DNA of 64,000 bases from positions 1 to 64,000 of the forward strand of contig JAHPZE010000006.1 in assembly GCA_019058365.1 (NCBI GenBank), written 5' to 3'. The notes below the pieces were generated by a model. That model had not been told where the DNA came from and made no database searches. It saw only the letters and a list, made by a program, of their open reading frames with translations. Origin of the DNA: Promethearchaeota archaeon. Its GTDB lineage: Archaea > Asgardarchaeota > Lokiarchaeia > Sigyniarchaeales > SOKP01. Both the position numbers and the translations under genes were made by a program. Shown here piece after piece: positions 47,604 to 57,748 of this stretch (position 1 is the first letter of the stretch; each line of letters opens with the position of its first letter).

Positions 47604-48602
47604 TTGTCAATCCAATTTTTTAATCCTCCATCAGTGATTTTGGCTTCAGGATCCAAATTGGGTGTTGAATTAGGTGGCAGTAAAACCATTTTAAGTTTTG
47701 ATTCACACCACAATTTATATTCTGAGAGCGTAATTTTTACAGAATTAAGCTGGGGTTCATTTTATCAAGAAGAGGGACTAACTGACCAAATAGATACATT
47801 TACTACAAAAGAGTATGACTCTATTCGAGAAGATCCTGAAGCATTGATTACAACAATTGTAGATACTATTTATAAAATTATTAATAATGAAAAGTTATTC
47901 TATGGAATTGTAGATTTTGAAGTAGATGCTTTTCTTAATCAAAATACCGTAATTCCCGGGTTGAAATTAGACTATGAAATTATAAATAAACTTTTAGAGG
48001 CGCATAAAAGAACTCGAGATAAAGATTTATTTCCTAAAATTCTATCTGATTCAAAAAATATAAAAAAAATTAATATTGAAATTCAAGGTACCAAAAAATA
48101 TAAACTTCATATAATGGGAACTAAGTTGGAAGATCTAGCTGATACTTTGAGAATGGCTAAAGGTTTTGCAACAGGAATCGTCTGTACATCTCGAGGTGCT
48201 GCTAACCTTTACATTTTAAGCGATAACATTGTATATAAGGAAGATGAAATTCCAGAACTATACATTGACCAAGAAAACTTAGCTATTATTGAGATGGGAA
48301 TTCAACGAGAACTTTTATTTCCAATTAGTTGGTTTAGAATTGATCTAGGGCTTAGGTCTTTAGAAACTTTAGAGCTTTGGCATAAGATTAAAGATGATGA
48401 TAGGATAATTAAAGCTTTAGATAGATATGATAAATATATAACAAGCTTAATATACAATAAATATCGAGATATGGCATCCGCAGAAAAAATTGGCACTAAT
48501 TCGGAAGGCGATTTCAATCATATGAAAAGAAAAGAAAGAAGGCAAGCACTTAAAGATATGGCGGAAGCTATAAGAAAATTAACTGAAGAATATAAAAAAT
48601 AG
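47604..48602 (+). CDS. hypothetical protein
   Basis: 332-aa ORF with TTG start; no recognised motif. Confidence 0.75.
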   Translation: MSIQFFNPPSVILASGSKLGVELGGSKTILSFDSHHNLYSESVIFTELSWGSFYQEEGLTDQIDTFTTKEYDSIREDPEALITTIVDTIYKIINNEKLFYGIVDFEVDAFLNQNTVIPGLKLDYEIINKLLEAHKRTRDKDLFPKILSDSKNIKKINIEIQGTKKYKLHIMGTKLEDLADTLRMAKGFATGIVCTSRGAANLYILSDNIVYKEDEIPELYIDQENLAIIEMGIQRELLFPISWFRIDLGLRSLETLELWHKIKDDDRIIKALDRYDKYITSLIYNKYRDMASAEKIGTNSEGDFNHMKRKERRQALKDMAEAIRKLTEEYKK

Positions 48603-48606
48603 ACTC

Positions 48607-48915
48607 TTATTTCTCTTTTAAAATTCTTGGAGCTTTGAAATATCCATCTTTTTTATGTTTTGCATTTTTTAATGCATCTTCAGTAGATAGTGATTCCCAA
48701 GGTATATCTTCTCTAAAAACATTCTTTAAGCCATCTATTGGATGAGTCATAGGTTTAATATTGCTAGTATCTAAATTATCCAATTTTTTAAAGTAATTTA
48801 GGATATCACCTACTTCTTTTGCAAGTTTTACTTTTTCTTCCTCAGATAAATCAAGTAAAGCTAATTTTGCAATATGGTCTATAGTTTCTTTTGATAACTC
48901 TTTGTTCTGATTCAT
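48607..48915 (-). CDS. gatC: Asp-tRNA(Asn)/Glu-tRNA(Gln) amidotransferase subunit C
   Basis: IDHIAKLALLDL, ILNYFKKL, P..NVFRED, ALKNA..DGYFKAPRI. Confidence 0.93.
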   Translation of the reverse strand: MNQNKELSKETIDHIAKLALLDLSEEEKVKLAKEVGDILNYFKKLDNLDTSNIKPMTHPIDGLKNVFREDIPWESLSTEDALKNAKHKKDGYFKAPRILKEK

Positions 48916-49082
48916 AGCTTAGCTCACTAAGTTATAGTCATATATAATAATTAAGCTTGATCCTATTGTTTTTTAAAATTATTGAATTGAAAGTCATACT
49001 TTTTACACATTTAAACTTAGTTTTAAACTGTGATATATAAAAATATCAAATAAAAGGTTTTAAATATTCAATAATCATTATA

Positions 49083-49108
49083 TCAGTTACTGGTAGTCCA
49101 GTCACTGG
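49083..49108 (+). promoter_or_regulatory. tandem palindromic operator, probably bound by the PadR regulator
   Basis: TCAGTTACTGG and CCAGTCACTGG (core CAGTnACTG, 15-bp period) just downstream of a TTTTAAATA TATA box (~49058-49066). Confidence 0.6.
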
Positions 49109-49169
49109 TAATCAGAGAACAATTAGTTATATTTACTATTAAAACGCTATCTATGATTTTGAGTAACCC

Positions 49170-49754
49170 ATGGTTGAAAATTATAATAAAAATTTTGAAA
49201 AGGTAATGAAAAAAAATTTCACTAATATCTTTATACTTTCTATACTTGAAAAAGGGCCTTCTCATGGTTATAAAATAGGGAATGAAATTGAAAAGCGCAC
49301 TATAGGAATGTGGAATCCATCTGCATCGACACTATATTGGATATTAAATAACTTAAGGGAAAAAGGATTCATAAAACTCCTTGAAGAAGATAAAAATAAA
49401 AAAGTGTATGAGATTTCAGATACAGGGAAAGAAGCATTAAGATTAATGAAATTAACTCAACGAAATATAAGAAATACATATCGTCGGTTTTTAGCAGCAT
49501 CAATAGATAATAGTAATACAATTGATTTAGAGGATCTCGAACGCTTTGATGAAATTCCTTCAATCCAAGTGCTACCGACTGCTTTAAGACCAGAAAGGTT
49601 TAAGGGTAATTTAACTCTTAATGAAAGAATTCAACTACTTGAATCTAAAAAAGCAGCATTTATAGAAACTCGAGATCGAATGAATGAATACATCAAGGAC
49701 TTTGATGAAACAATTTTAAAAATTAGAAAGGAATTAGATAAACGAGAAAAATAA
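49170..49754 (+). CDS. PadR-family transcriptional regulator
   Basis: ILSILEKGPSHGYKI..EIEKRT..W.PSASTLY..L..L..KGFI..KKVYEISDTGK. Confidence 0.92.
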   Translation: MVENYNKNFEKVMKKNFTNIFILSILEKGPSHGYKIGNEIEKRTIGMWNPSASTLYWILNNLREKGFIKLLEEDKNKKVYEISDTGKEALRLMKLTQRNIRNTYRRFLAASIDNSNTIDLEDLERFDEIPSIQVLPTALRPERFKGNLTLNERIQLLESKKAAFIETRDRMNEYIKDFDETILKIRKELDKREK

Positions 49755-49816
49755 TCTCTACTAGGAAAGTTTCGAAAAAATAAAAAAATAATGATTAAAA
49801 GAGAATTGAAATAAAA

Positions 49817-50788
49817 ATGAGCTTTGACCAAAATAAAAAAAGAATACCTTTTCTTACTTTTCTTATATCTTATAAATGCACTAATGAATGCAAGCATTGT
49901 GCGCTTCATGGATCTCCAAATCAAGACGATATTTCAATGGAATTAGGGGATATAAAAAGATATTTAGAAGATATTACAACTAATTATATAGTTGATGAAG
50001 TGGGTTTTTTTGGAGGAGAACCTCTACTTAATCTTGATTTACTAGTTAGCTTCATTGAAGAGGTGAAAAGATATGATATTCCAAATATTGGATTACCAAC
50101 GAATGGATATTGGGGAAAAAATGATACAACTGCTAAAAAATATGCCCTAAAGTTAAAAGAAGCAGGTTTAAATACTATTGGTTTTAGTATTGACATGTTT
50201 CATCAAGAATTTATTCCACTCGATGTAGTGAAACGAGCAATGAAAGCTGCATATGAAGTTGGAATTGAACGGATATATTCAATAACTCAAAATCTAGGAC
50301 CTGGTAATATAAATAATTCTTTTAATGAACAGAATAAAAAAATTACAGAAGTGATTTCCAATGAGTTTGAGTTTTGTCAGGTAATAAATAGTGAGTTACA
50401 AGTAAGAGGTCGAGCGGCAAAACAACTCATCAAATATTACTCAATGAATACAATACCCTCAGATAAGTGTCTTATTTTCAAAGTTCCGATGTTTATGATC
50501 GATCCTAATGGATGGGTTTTCCATCAATTATGTCATGGGATTTGTATTGGGAATGCTAAGAAAAATGCTTTATCTAAAATAATAATGAACTTTAACTATA
50601 GAAAACATCCGATAATAGGGAAGTTGGTGGCTAAAGGAGGCACTAATAATCTTCTTGAAATTGCTATTGAAAAAGGATATAAACCTCAAAATGGATATGC
50701 GGATAAATGTCATGTCTGTTCTTTAGCGAGGAATTTTCTCCGTCCTTTTTATCCAAATATACTCGAACCTTCAAATATATATTATTAA
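49817..50788 (+). CDS. radical SAM protein
   Basis: CTNECKHC, FGGEPLL, TNGYW, SIDMFHQ, C-terminal DKCHVC. Confidence 0.92.
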   Translation: MSFDQNKKRIPFLTFLISYKCTNECKHCALHGSPNQDDISMELGDIKRYLEDITTNYIVDEVGFFGGEPLLNLDLLVSFIEEVKRYDIPNIGLPTNGYWGKNDTTAKKYALKLKEAGLNTIGFSIDMFHQEFIPLDVVKRAMKAAYEVGIERIYSITQNLGPGNINNSFNEQNKKITEVISNEFEFCQVINSELQVRGRAAKQLIKYYSMNTIPSDKCLIFKVPMFMIDPNGWVFHQLCHGICIGNAKKNALSKIIMNFNYRKHPIIGKLVAKGGTNNLLEIAIEKGYKPQNGYADKCHVCSLARNFLRPFYPNILEPSNIYY

Positions 50789-50887
50789 ATACTACGAGAA
50801 GAGATAGAACATCCCTTAAAGAAATTTATAGAGAAACTTTAAAAAATAATAATAAGAATTAAGTGATATATCTATTTTATTTTAAAT

Positions 50888-51241
50888 ATGGTAGATGAAG
50901 AAGATTTAAGGGATTTGATCCCTAGCTACGCCTATATCTCGTTAGCGAGACGTGGAATGGAGAAAATCTCTTTAGATCAATGTTTTCTTAAGGATTGCGA
51001 TAACCAAGACCCCAAATTATTAGAACCTTTTAAAAAAGAAGAATATGAAGAGGAAAAGAAAGAAATTAAGAAAATCTATATAAAATGTAAAAAATGCAAT
51101 GGTATTTTCATATTAAAACTTGAGACATTAAAATATGTAGCAAAATCGACTAAAGATGAGGAAGAGGAACCACTATCTATGGGGCTAGTGTACGCTTTAG
51201 ATGAAAATGGCAATTCTCTTGGACATATAGGGTATTTTTAA
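50888..51241 (+). CDS. small putative zinc-binding protein
   Basis: CFLKDC and CKKC pairs; abuts the HAD gene. Confidence 0.75.
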   Translation: MVDEEDLRDLIPSYAYISLARRGMEKISLDQCFLKDCDNQDPKLLEPFKKEEYEEEKKEIKKIYIKCKKCNGIFILKLETLKYVAKSTKDEEEEPLSMGLVYALDENGNSLGHIGYF

Positions 51242-51937
51242 ATGAGATTTGATTTTTATTTATTTGATTTAGATGGAACTTTGCTTCATCTTGGTAATAT
51301 CGGAGCTTATGTGGATCAAATATTAATTGAAACCTTCATCAGATTAGAAGCCAGTAATCCGCCAAAAAAGAATGAAAAGTATAAACTGTGGTCTCCTGAA
51401 GAAGACTTCTTTGATGTTTTAGAAGAATGGGGTGTCAAGAATCCTCAGAATTTTTGGAAGGTTTTTGATGAGATAGATTTTAAGTTACGGAAAAAACTAA
51501 TTGAAAATGAACAGGCTTTCTTATATAAGGATGTTTATAATATATTAGAAAAGATTTACCATCACAAGTATAATAAAAAACTCGCAATAGTCTCAAACAC
51601 GGCATATTATATTGTTGAATTTATCTTGAAAAAATTTGGTATCATAAATTTTTTTCATGAAACTTTTAGTTTAGGTTATTATAATAACGATCAAGAACTA
51701 GCTAAACCGTCTCCAAAAGGCGTTCTCACGATATTGGATAAATTTAAATATGATCCAAAAGAATCAAAAGCTATATTAGTTGGAGATTCTAAATTTGATA
51801 TTATTGCTGCTAAAAAAGCTGATATTTATGCATGTTTAATAAGAAGGGAAATAAATAATCAAAATAAAAATTATAACAAATGGGATATTCAACCAGATTT
51901 CGTCATAAAAGGATTGGATGAACTAGTTCATTTATAA
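51242..51937 (+). CDS. HAD-superfamily hydrolase (phosphoglycolate phosphatase-like)
   Basis: FDLDGTL, IVSN, KPSP, VGDSKFDI. Confidence 0.93.
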   Translation: MRFDFYLFDLDGTLLHLGNIGAYVDQILIETFIRLEASNPPKKNEKYKLWSPEEDFFDVLEEWGVKNPQNFWKVFDEIDFKLRKKLIENEQAFLYKDVYNILEKIYHHKYNKKLAIVSNTAYYIVEFILKKFGIINFFHETFSLGYYNNDQELAKPSPKGVLTILDKFKYDPKESKAILVGDSKFDIIAAKKADIYACLIRREINNQNKNYNKWDIQPDFVIKGLDELVHL

Positions 51938-52065
51938 TAATAGGAAATCTACAAATTCTTAACTTAACCATTCAAAATTAATGAAATAATAGATATTGAA
52001 TGAATAAAATTAAATAATCAAACTGATTTTTATTTAATATTGAAAATCTTAAGAGACTTATCCAA

Positions 52066-53793
52066 ATGTCGACAAAATTAGGAGAGGAAGACGGTTTACG
52101 AAAAAAAGTGTGGAAAATTATAAATTTAATACAAGCGAACCAACTATTTGTACACTATAAAGATTTGAGCATCAAATTCTTAGCTGAAAAGAGTAAAAAA
52201 GTAAATACAAAATTATTACCTGAAATATTATCATTATGCATCCTTAATGCTATAGTCCCCAACTCCGCTATGATATTGATTGGAGGACACGGAGGGGGTA
52301 AAACTACTCTTGTAAAGCTTCTAGGTAGGATGTTCACAGCAAATTCACTTAGTAATATAGAAAATTCAATCATTAGAGGGCATCCTCAGCTAACTGAAGA
52401 GAAATTAATCGGAACCTTAAAATTAGGAAAATTAATGAAAGAAGGAAAAGAAGAGGTAGTATGGAGACAATTCATTACAAATTTTTGGAAAATTATTGAC
52501 GAGGTGAATCGGCTAACTCCATATGCTCAAGACATCTTATTGTCATTGTTAGCTGAGGGAACAGTGAAATATTACGACTCGATAGCAACAATTAATAAAT
52601 TTTGTTTATTTGCAACGATAAATCCTCATGATGTTGGTACTTTTGAACTATCTCAACCATTTTTAGATAGATTTGGAATTTCAGTCCCAATTTCTATGCC
52701 AGGAAGTCATGATTTACAACTCATTTTAACTGGAAAAGATGAGAAATATTCAGGTATGGATGAACTAATTCAAGTTCCTGAGATTCTAACTATTGATGAA
52801 TTAATGGAAATATGGTACTATGTAAATAGAGTATCATTTTCTCCTGAAGTTAATAATTATATTCATGCTATAATAAGAGAATTTACATTGTGTGCAAGAG
52901 TAGACAAGGGTAATACTGAAGATATAAAACCTAGCACAGGACTATGTTCAGGGTGTCATTTCAATACACCTCAAAATATTTGTAATAAAATTGATTCAAT
53001 TCTAAGTGTGAGGGTTGCTAAAGATCTTCTAAGGTATTCTAAAGCTTTAGCTTGGTTATTAGGATTAGATAAGATTGATGTTAATATTGTAAACACTATA
53101 GCACCATACGTAATTTCACATAGAACAATTTATGTAAAAAGGGAAATAGATAAGTCTCCGTATTTTGGAAATAAGTATGAGTTTTCTAATGATATTTTAA
53201 CCACAGTTCAAAAAAGGTTTAAAAATCGTGAATTATGCTATGAAATCGCTGAAAGATTTCGCGAAGGAAATCCTAAAGATACTGATTTATCAGAGTTAAA
53301 AAAATTTGAAAAAAATGATTTGATTATAAAATATGACTTAATTCCATTTGTAAATTCAGTTAATAACAAAGAATATCCTCCAATTGCCCAACAAATACAA
53401 GAAGCAGCAAAAAAAGGAGATATTAATAAGCTAGCTGAAATAAGAAATAATCTTTTAGAGAAAATCAATTTCCCAAATAGAGGAGACCTAATTGAATGGT
53501 GTAATCGAGAACTTTTTAGGCAAACAGTTACCGATTATGTCATTAAATATTCTTATTGGAAAGAAGTCTGGGCAGATATAGCGGCTGAATTCTCTAATTT
53601 AGATCAATCATTGAAGGAAGCATTTAGTCAAAGACAAACTAAACAAATCCGTACAGAGGATATGCTAATTGAAATTAATGTAACAGGAACTAAAGAAGAC
53701 TCGTTAGTAAATATTCAAATTTCTGGCGGCTCTGAAGCTTTAAGATTAAGAACTATTCTAGATAATTTTGAATACATACAAAAGGAAGAATAA
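52066..53793 (+). CDS. MoxR-like AAA+ ATPase with Cys cluster and C-terminal extension
   Basis: Walker A GGHGGGKTT, Walker B IIDEVNR, ATINP, PFLDRF, SVR; C..CSGCH..C insert. Confidence 0.9.
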   Translation: MSTKLGEEDGLRKKVWKIINLIQANQLFVHYKDLSIKFLAEKSKKVNTKLLPEILSLCILNAIVPNSAMILIGGHGGGKTTLVKLLGRMFTANSLSNIENSIIRGHPQLTEEKLIGTLKLGKLMKEGKEEVVWRQFITNFWKIIDEVNRLTPYAQDILLSLLAEGTVKYYDSIATINKFCLFATINPHDVGTFELSQPFLDRFGISVPISMPGSHDLQLILTGKDEKYSGMDELIQVPEILTIDELMEIWYYVNRVSFSPEVNNYIHAIIREFTLCARVDKGNTEDIKPSTGLCSGCHFNTPQNICNKIDSILSVRVAKDLLRYSKALAWLLGLDKIDVNIVNTIAPYVISHRTIYVKREIDKSPYFGNKYEFSNDILTTVQKRFKNRELCYEIAERFREGNPKDTDLSELKKFEKNDLIIKYDLIPFVNSVNNKEYPPIAQQIQEAAKKGDINKLAEIRNNLLEKINFPNRGDLIEWCNRELFRQTVTDYVIKYSYWKEVWADIAAEFSNLDQSLKEAFSQRQTKQIRTEDMLIEINVTGTKEDSLVNIQISGGSEALRLRTILDNFEYIQKEE

Positions 53794-53810
53794 ATAAATT
53801 TAACGGTAAG

Positions 53811-55526
53811 ATGATTCAATCAAGAAGAAAAGGTAAAAAAATAAATAATGAGCGTGCAGAAAAGGAAAAAAGAACAATAGAGTTAGCTAATTTTGCATGG
53901 AACAAGACGTTAAAGGAATTTTATTATCCTCCATTAAACGACCCTAATTATGTATTTGATTACACGCACTTAGAGGGATTTTATATCGATCCTGAACATC
54001 GATGGCAAATTACAATGAATCTAGCTAATACTCCATTATTAAAAGATGATCAAGAATATATAGACTATTTTTACATCATCTCGCTTCATGAAGTATCTCA
54101 TTATCAAATCATTCCTTACGATGGTTTAACTCACGCTAAATTATTAAGAGCTGCTATGACCCATGTGAATCAAAATTATGCTCCTATTGTTGTAAATATT
54201 TTTGCTGATTTAATTATTGATACTAAATTATACCAGAAATATTCTAATCTTATTGAATGGGAAATGGCTGAAACCTATAAACATATCACAAATAAAGGCC
54301 CACTAAGTAATTTTAGTAAATTTTTATTTCGAGCCTATGAGAAAATGTGGGATAAAGATGTTATAGGCGATGAGAAACTTAAGGAGATGGATTCTTTAGC
54401 AGAGGGGGTAACTAAAATAATTCTCAAAAATTTCGAGGATGAGTCAACATGGGAAAAGAAGGTATCTCAAGTTGCAAGAATTATGAAAATATTAATCCAA
54501 GATACATTTGCCTTAATAGGAACTGGAGGTGTTGTAGATAAAAACAATGAAAAGAGAAAAAGTCCTGGAGGAGCATTTTTAGAAGTTCCAAAAGATGTGC
54601 TAGAAGTAATGGATAATCCGTTAGAAAATAAAAATACGGACAAATTAAAAGAAGTGAATGAAGATAATTTACGACAAAAATCAGAAGAATTTGCTAAAGA
54701 TATCCCATATTCTGAATTTGGTGGACCTGCGCGTCAAGCTGGAATTTTGATTGATGGAAATGCTTTAGCTACTTGGTATAGAGGGCTAGCAAAAAATCTA
54801 ATCGAAATAAAAATTTTTGAAGAAAAACCAGGAGGGCAATTACCAGTTTATCCAGAAGTTTGGCGTATTGGAGATAGAATAGAAGATTTAGATATTGTTC
54901 AGAGTTTATTAAATAGTCCCGTAATGATTCCTAATATTACTACAAGAAAATGGGCATATAAAGAAGGACCAGGTCTTTTGGTTGAAAAACAAATCCCTGA
55001 TCTTCTAATTGTTTTAGATTCTTCGGGTTCTATGGGTTGGAACTATACTTCAAGATCAACTCTTGGTAAAGGGCCATATCACACAGCATTAGTAGCGGCA
55101 TTTGCTTCTTTACATTGTGCTGCAAGTAAGGGTGCTAAATTTAGTATAATTAATTTCTCAAATAGAGCAGATATATGCCAATGGACATCCGATTATATTA
55201 AAGCGGAGAACGTGCTGTTGAGGTATCAGGGGGGAGGAACCTTTTTACCAATTAGAGAAATTGCAAATCAATGTGAAAAAGCAGAAAAAAAGACTCTTGT
55301 TTTTATCATCACCGATTTTGGTATCTATAATTGGAGTAAAACAAAAAAAATAATGATTGAGTTAGCTCAAAAAGGGCATAAAATTGTTGGATTTTTCATA
55401 GGTTCTACTAAGATACCTAAAGACAAATTTAAAAACCTTCTAAATAATGTAACTTTTTACGGGATAGGAAATGCTAAAGATTTAATTAGTTTGGTTATAA
55501 CTGAAGTCAAAAAATATTATTTATAG
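53811..55526 (+). CDS. HEXXH metallopeptidase-like domain + vWA domain protein
   Basis: SLHEVSH, NIFADLIID, LLIVLDSSGSM MIDAS, GGGT, IITD. Confidence 0.88.
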   Translation: MIQSRRKGKKINNERAEKEKRTIELANFAWNKTLKEFYYPPLNDPNYVFDYTHLEGFYIDPEHRWQITMNLANTPLLKDDQEYIDYFYIISLHEVSHYQIIPYDGLTHAKLLRAAMTHVNQNYAPIVVNIFADLIIDTKLYQKYSNLIEWEMAETYKHITNKGPLSNFSKFLFRAYEKMWDKDVIGDEKLKEMDSLAEGVTKIILKNFEDESTWEKKVSQVARIMKILIQDTFALIGTGGVVDKNNEKRKSPGGAFLEVPKDVLEVMDNPLENKNTDKLKEVNEDNLRQKSEEFAKDIPYSEFGGPARQAGILIDGNALATWYRGLAKNLIEIKIFEEKPGGQLPVYPEVWRIGDRIEDLDIVQSLLNSPVMIPNITTRKWAYKEGPGLLVEKQIPDLLIVLDSSGSMGWNYTSRSTLGKGPYHTALVAAFASLHCAASKGAKFSIINFSNRADICQWTSDYIKAENVLLRYQGGGTFLPIREIANQCEKAEKKTLVFIITDFGIYNWSKTKKIMIELAQKGHKIVGFFIGSTKIPKDKFKNLLNNVTFYGIGNAKDLISLVITEVKKYYL

Positions 55527-55712
55527 CTCAACTTTTTTACTTAAAGATATTTAATCTATTTCTTTGATTTTTTTTCAGTTCTTTTATGAAGGCTTTAAAC
55601 TAAGTAACTTTATAAATTGGAGGATTAATTTCACCTATAATCTATTGACTGACCGAGAAAAAATTCATTTAAATATGGAGAAAAAAGTTGCAAATGCATA
55701 AGTAGTAATGTA

Positions 55713-56204
55713 TTACCTTAAATCAGGTTTGTTAATTTCCCGTAAATACAATTTCATAAAGTATCTTTGACTTTGACAATACATTAGTTTATCTCTTTGT
55801 GTTAAGTGCTTGCATTTTTGTAAAACTCTCTGGATATCTGTAAGTAGTTTGAAACTATCATATTTTGCCTTTTGGGGGAAATTTTCTACTGTATTTTTTA
55901 TATCATTCTTTATCTTAATTTCATAAAACAAATTCTTAAGATTTAAAACGGGTTCTGAATTTTCTAATCTTAAATCTGTCAATACTTCTATTTCCTCTTC
56001 AGGATTTATTGAATTATCAATAATGGAATTACTAGAATTATATTCAATAAATATATCGCATATTCCTTTATGTCTATATCTACAATCTTGGCAATCATAA
56101 GAACAAGGAGAAGATTTGACTCGACAAATGTTTTGGATTTTTTTAAGAACATTTTCTGTTTCGTGTATATTTGAACTTATCATTTTCATTCCTTTATCAT
56201 TCAA
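55713..56204 (-). CDS. hypothetical Cys-rich protein
   Basis: C..PCSYDCQDC..GIC cluster. Confidence 0.6.
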   Translation of the reverse strand: MNDKGMKMISSNIHETENVLKKIQNICRVKSSPCSYDCQDCRYRHKGICDIFIEYNSSNSIIDNSINPEEEIEVLTDLRLENSEPVLNLKNLFYEIKIKNDIKNTVENFPQKAKYDSFKLLTDIQRVLQKCKHLTQRDKLMYCQSQRYFMKLYLREINKPDLR

Positions 56205-56405
56205 TTTTATGTAATTCTTCCAATATTTTTCTTAGACTTTTCTGGTAATAGCAGAGAGATATCTAGATATATATAAAAAACATATGATTTCTTCTTTTGA
56301 AACTAAGTAATATTTAGGTAATATCTTCACTTGGTTCAGAAAAATAAATTAATAAGGATTTATAAAAATTAAAAAAAAAGATAGAATCTTTTTTGATTTT
56401 AATGA

Positions 56406-56924
56406 TTAAAGTACGGAAAGAAGGTTATCAATATCAAGCCAACCTTTTAAAGCGTGAATAATTGTTCCTTGTTCATCAATAATAAATTGTCCAGGTCCTT
56501 GTTTTTCCCAGCCTTCATATTCTCCGTGCTCAAAACCAAATTTCCTAACTTCTTTAATTTTCAAAGGAATTTGAGAAACTGCTTCTTTTGTCATTAATCC
56601 TAAGCCATAATCTGCATATAATTCATCTTTTGAGCTTAAAATAACAGGAAAGTTAATCTTCTCTTTTTCAATATATTCTTTCGCTACTTTTTCGCCTGAT
56701 TGAGTAATGTACAATATTTTTGCACCTTTTTTCTCAATTTCAGTCTTACGGGTCATCAGTTCCTTAAGATCCACTTGACAAATAGGACACCCAAAATATC
56801 TCGAAAAAATTAGTACAATTTTTTGATCTCCTATCAATTCTGCTAAATCAATTGTGCCAGCATTATATGATTTTAACTTAAATAATATCGCTTTATCTCC
56901 TATCTTTACCTCATTTTTTTCCAT
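56406..56924 (-). CDS. peroxiredoxin-like (AhpC/TSA, PRXL2-type) redoxin
   Basis: IGDKA..FKL, FSRYFGCPIC, LYADYGL, QGPGQFIIDEQG. Confidence 0.88.
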   Translation of the reverse strand: MEKNEVKIGDKAILFKLKSYNAGTIDLAELIGDQKIVLIFSRYFGCPICQVDLKELMTRKTEIEKKGAKILYITQSGEKVAKEYIEKEKINFPVILSSKDELYADYGLGLMTKEAVSQIPLKIKEVRKFGFEHGEYEGWEKQGPGQFIIDEQGTIIHALKGWLDIDNLLSVL

Positions 56925-57058
56925 AATGTTCACTAGATTTAATTATTTTGTATTAGAATGTTTAATTTCATAAAAAAGTTATGGTTCCAGTGAAATTAAG
57001 AGATGATTTTAAATAATTCCTTTATAAGGGTAAACACTTCTTAGAAAAATATAATAAA

Positions 57059-57703
57059 TTAATAATTCTTATTAACCCAATCTTCAAATTTAACTATTCT
57101 TAACTGTTCTGCCCATAAAGCTTTTATATTAGGTATATCAGGAAGTAATTTTTCTTTTTTTAGAAGCTGATATAATTTTTCTATTGATTTTTCAATTAAA
57201 ATTTCATATAAGGGAGTTTTTTCATCAAGATCTTTCAATTTTTCTTGGGCTTGATTTTTTATTTGTTTAATAATAGTAATCCAATTTTCTGTAAATTTCA
57301 CTATGTATTCTTCTAATTTCTCAGAAAATTCTGTTGATAATACTGGAATGGTTAATTGATAATTCTTATTTATCAATCTAATTAAATTATACCATTCTAA
57401 AGTCGTAAGGTGATTTTCAATGGTTTCTCTTGTCCATTGGTAGGAAATTTGGCATTCATATTCTTCTTTAGTTATTAATAATGGGTTGGGAGAAAAGTTA
57501 ACTTTTTCATAGATTTGCTGAAAGGTTTTTGGACCAGTAGCAAGTATTATCAAGATTTCACGCCTTACTTTATTATCTAAAACCCATGGTATTTCAGGAT
57601 CATCCCATGGCTTTGAAGTCGCAAAATCGAACCAAGGTTGAATCTCATCTACATTTATTTTCCCTACAAAACGATAATCATGATATTTTGTATTTTCTTT
57701 CAT
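57059..57703 (-). CDS. winged-helix (ArsR-like) domain protein
   Basis: LDNKVRREILIILATGPKTFQQI..RETIENHLTTLEWYNLI. Confidence 0.7.
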   Translation of the reverse strand: MKENTKYHDYRFVGKINVDEIQPWFDFATSKPWDDPEIPWVLDNKVRREILIILATGPKTFQQIYEKVNFSPNPLLITKEEYECQISYQWTRETIENHLTTLEWYNLIRLINKNYQLTIPVLSTEFSEKLEEYIVKFTENWITIIKQIKNQAQEKLKDLDEKTPLYEILIEKSIEKLYQLLKKEKLLPDIPNIKALWAEQLRIVKFEDWVNKNY

Positions 57704-57748
57704 AATTTTTTCTTCTTTTATTAAATTCTAATTTATTTTTCTCAAATA

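Noticed and set aside
56406-56924. Selenoprotein or stop-codon readthrough (redoxin, AOR, ferredoxins, TGA/TAG-ending genes)
   Set aside because: The redox motifs are encoded as Cys (CPIC etc.). The TGA/TAG stops I examined fall at natural protein ends with no conserved continuation, and I recognised no SECIS
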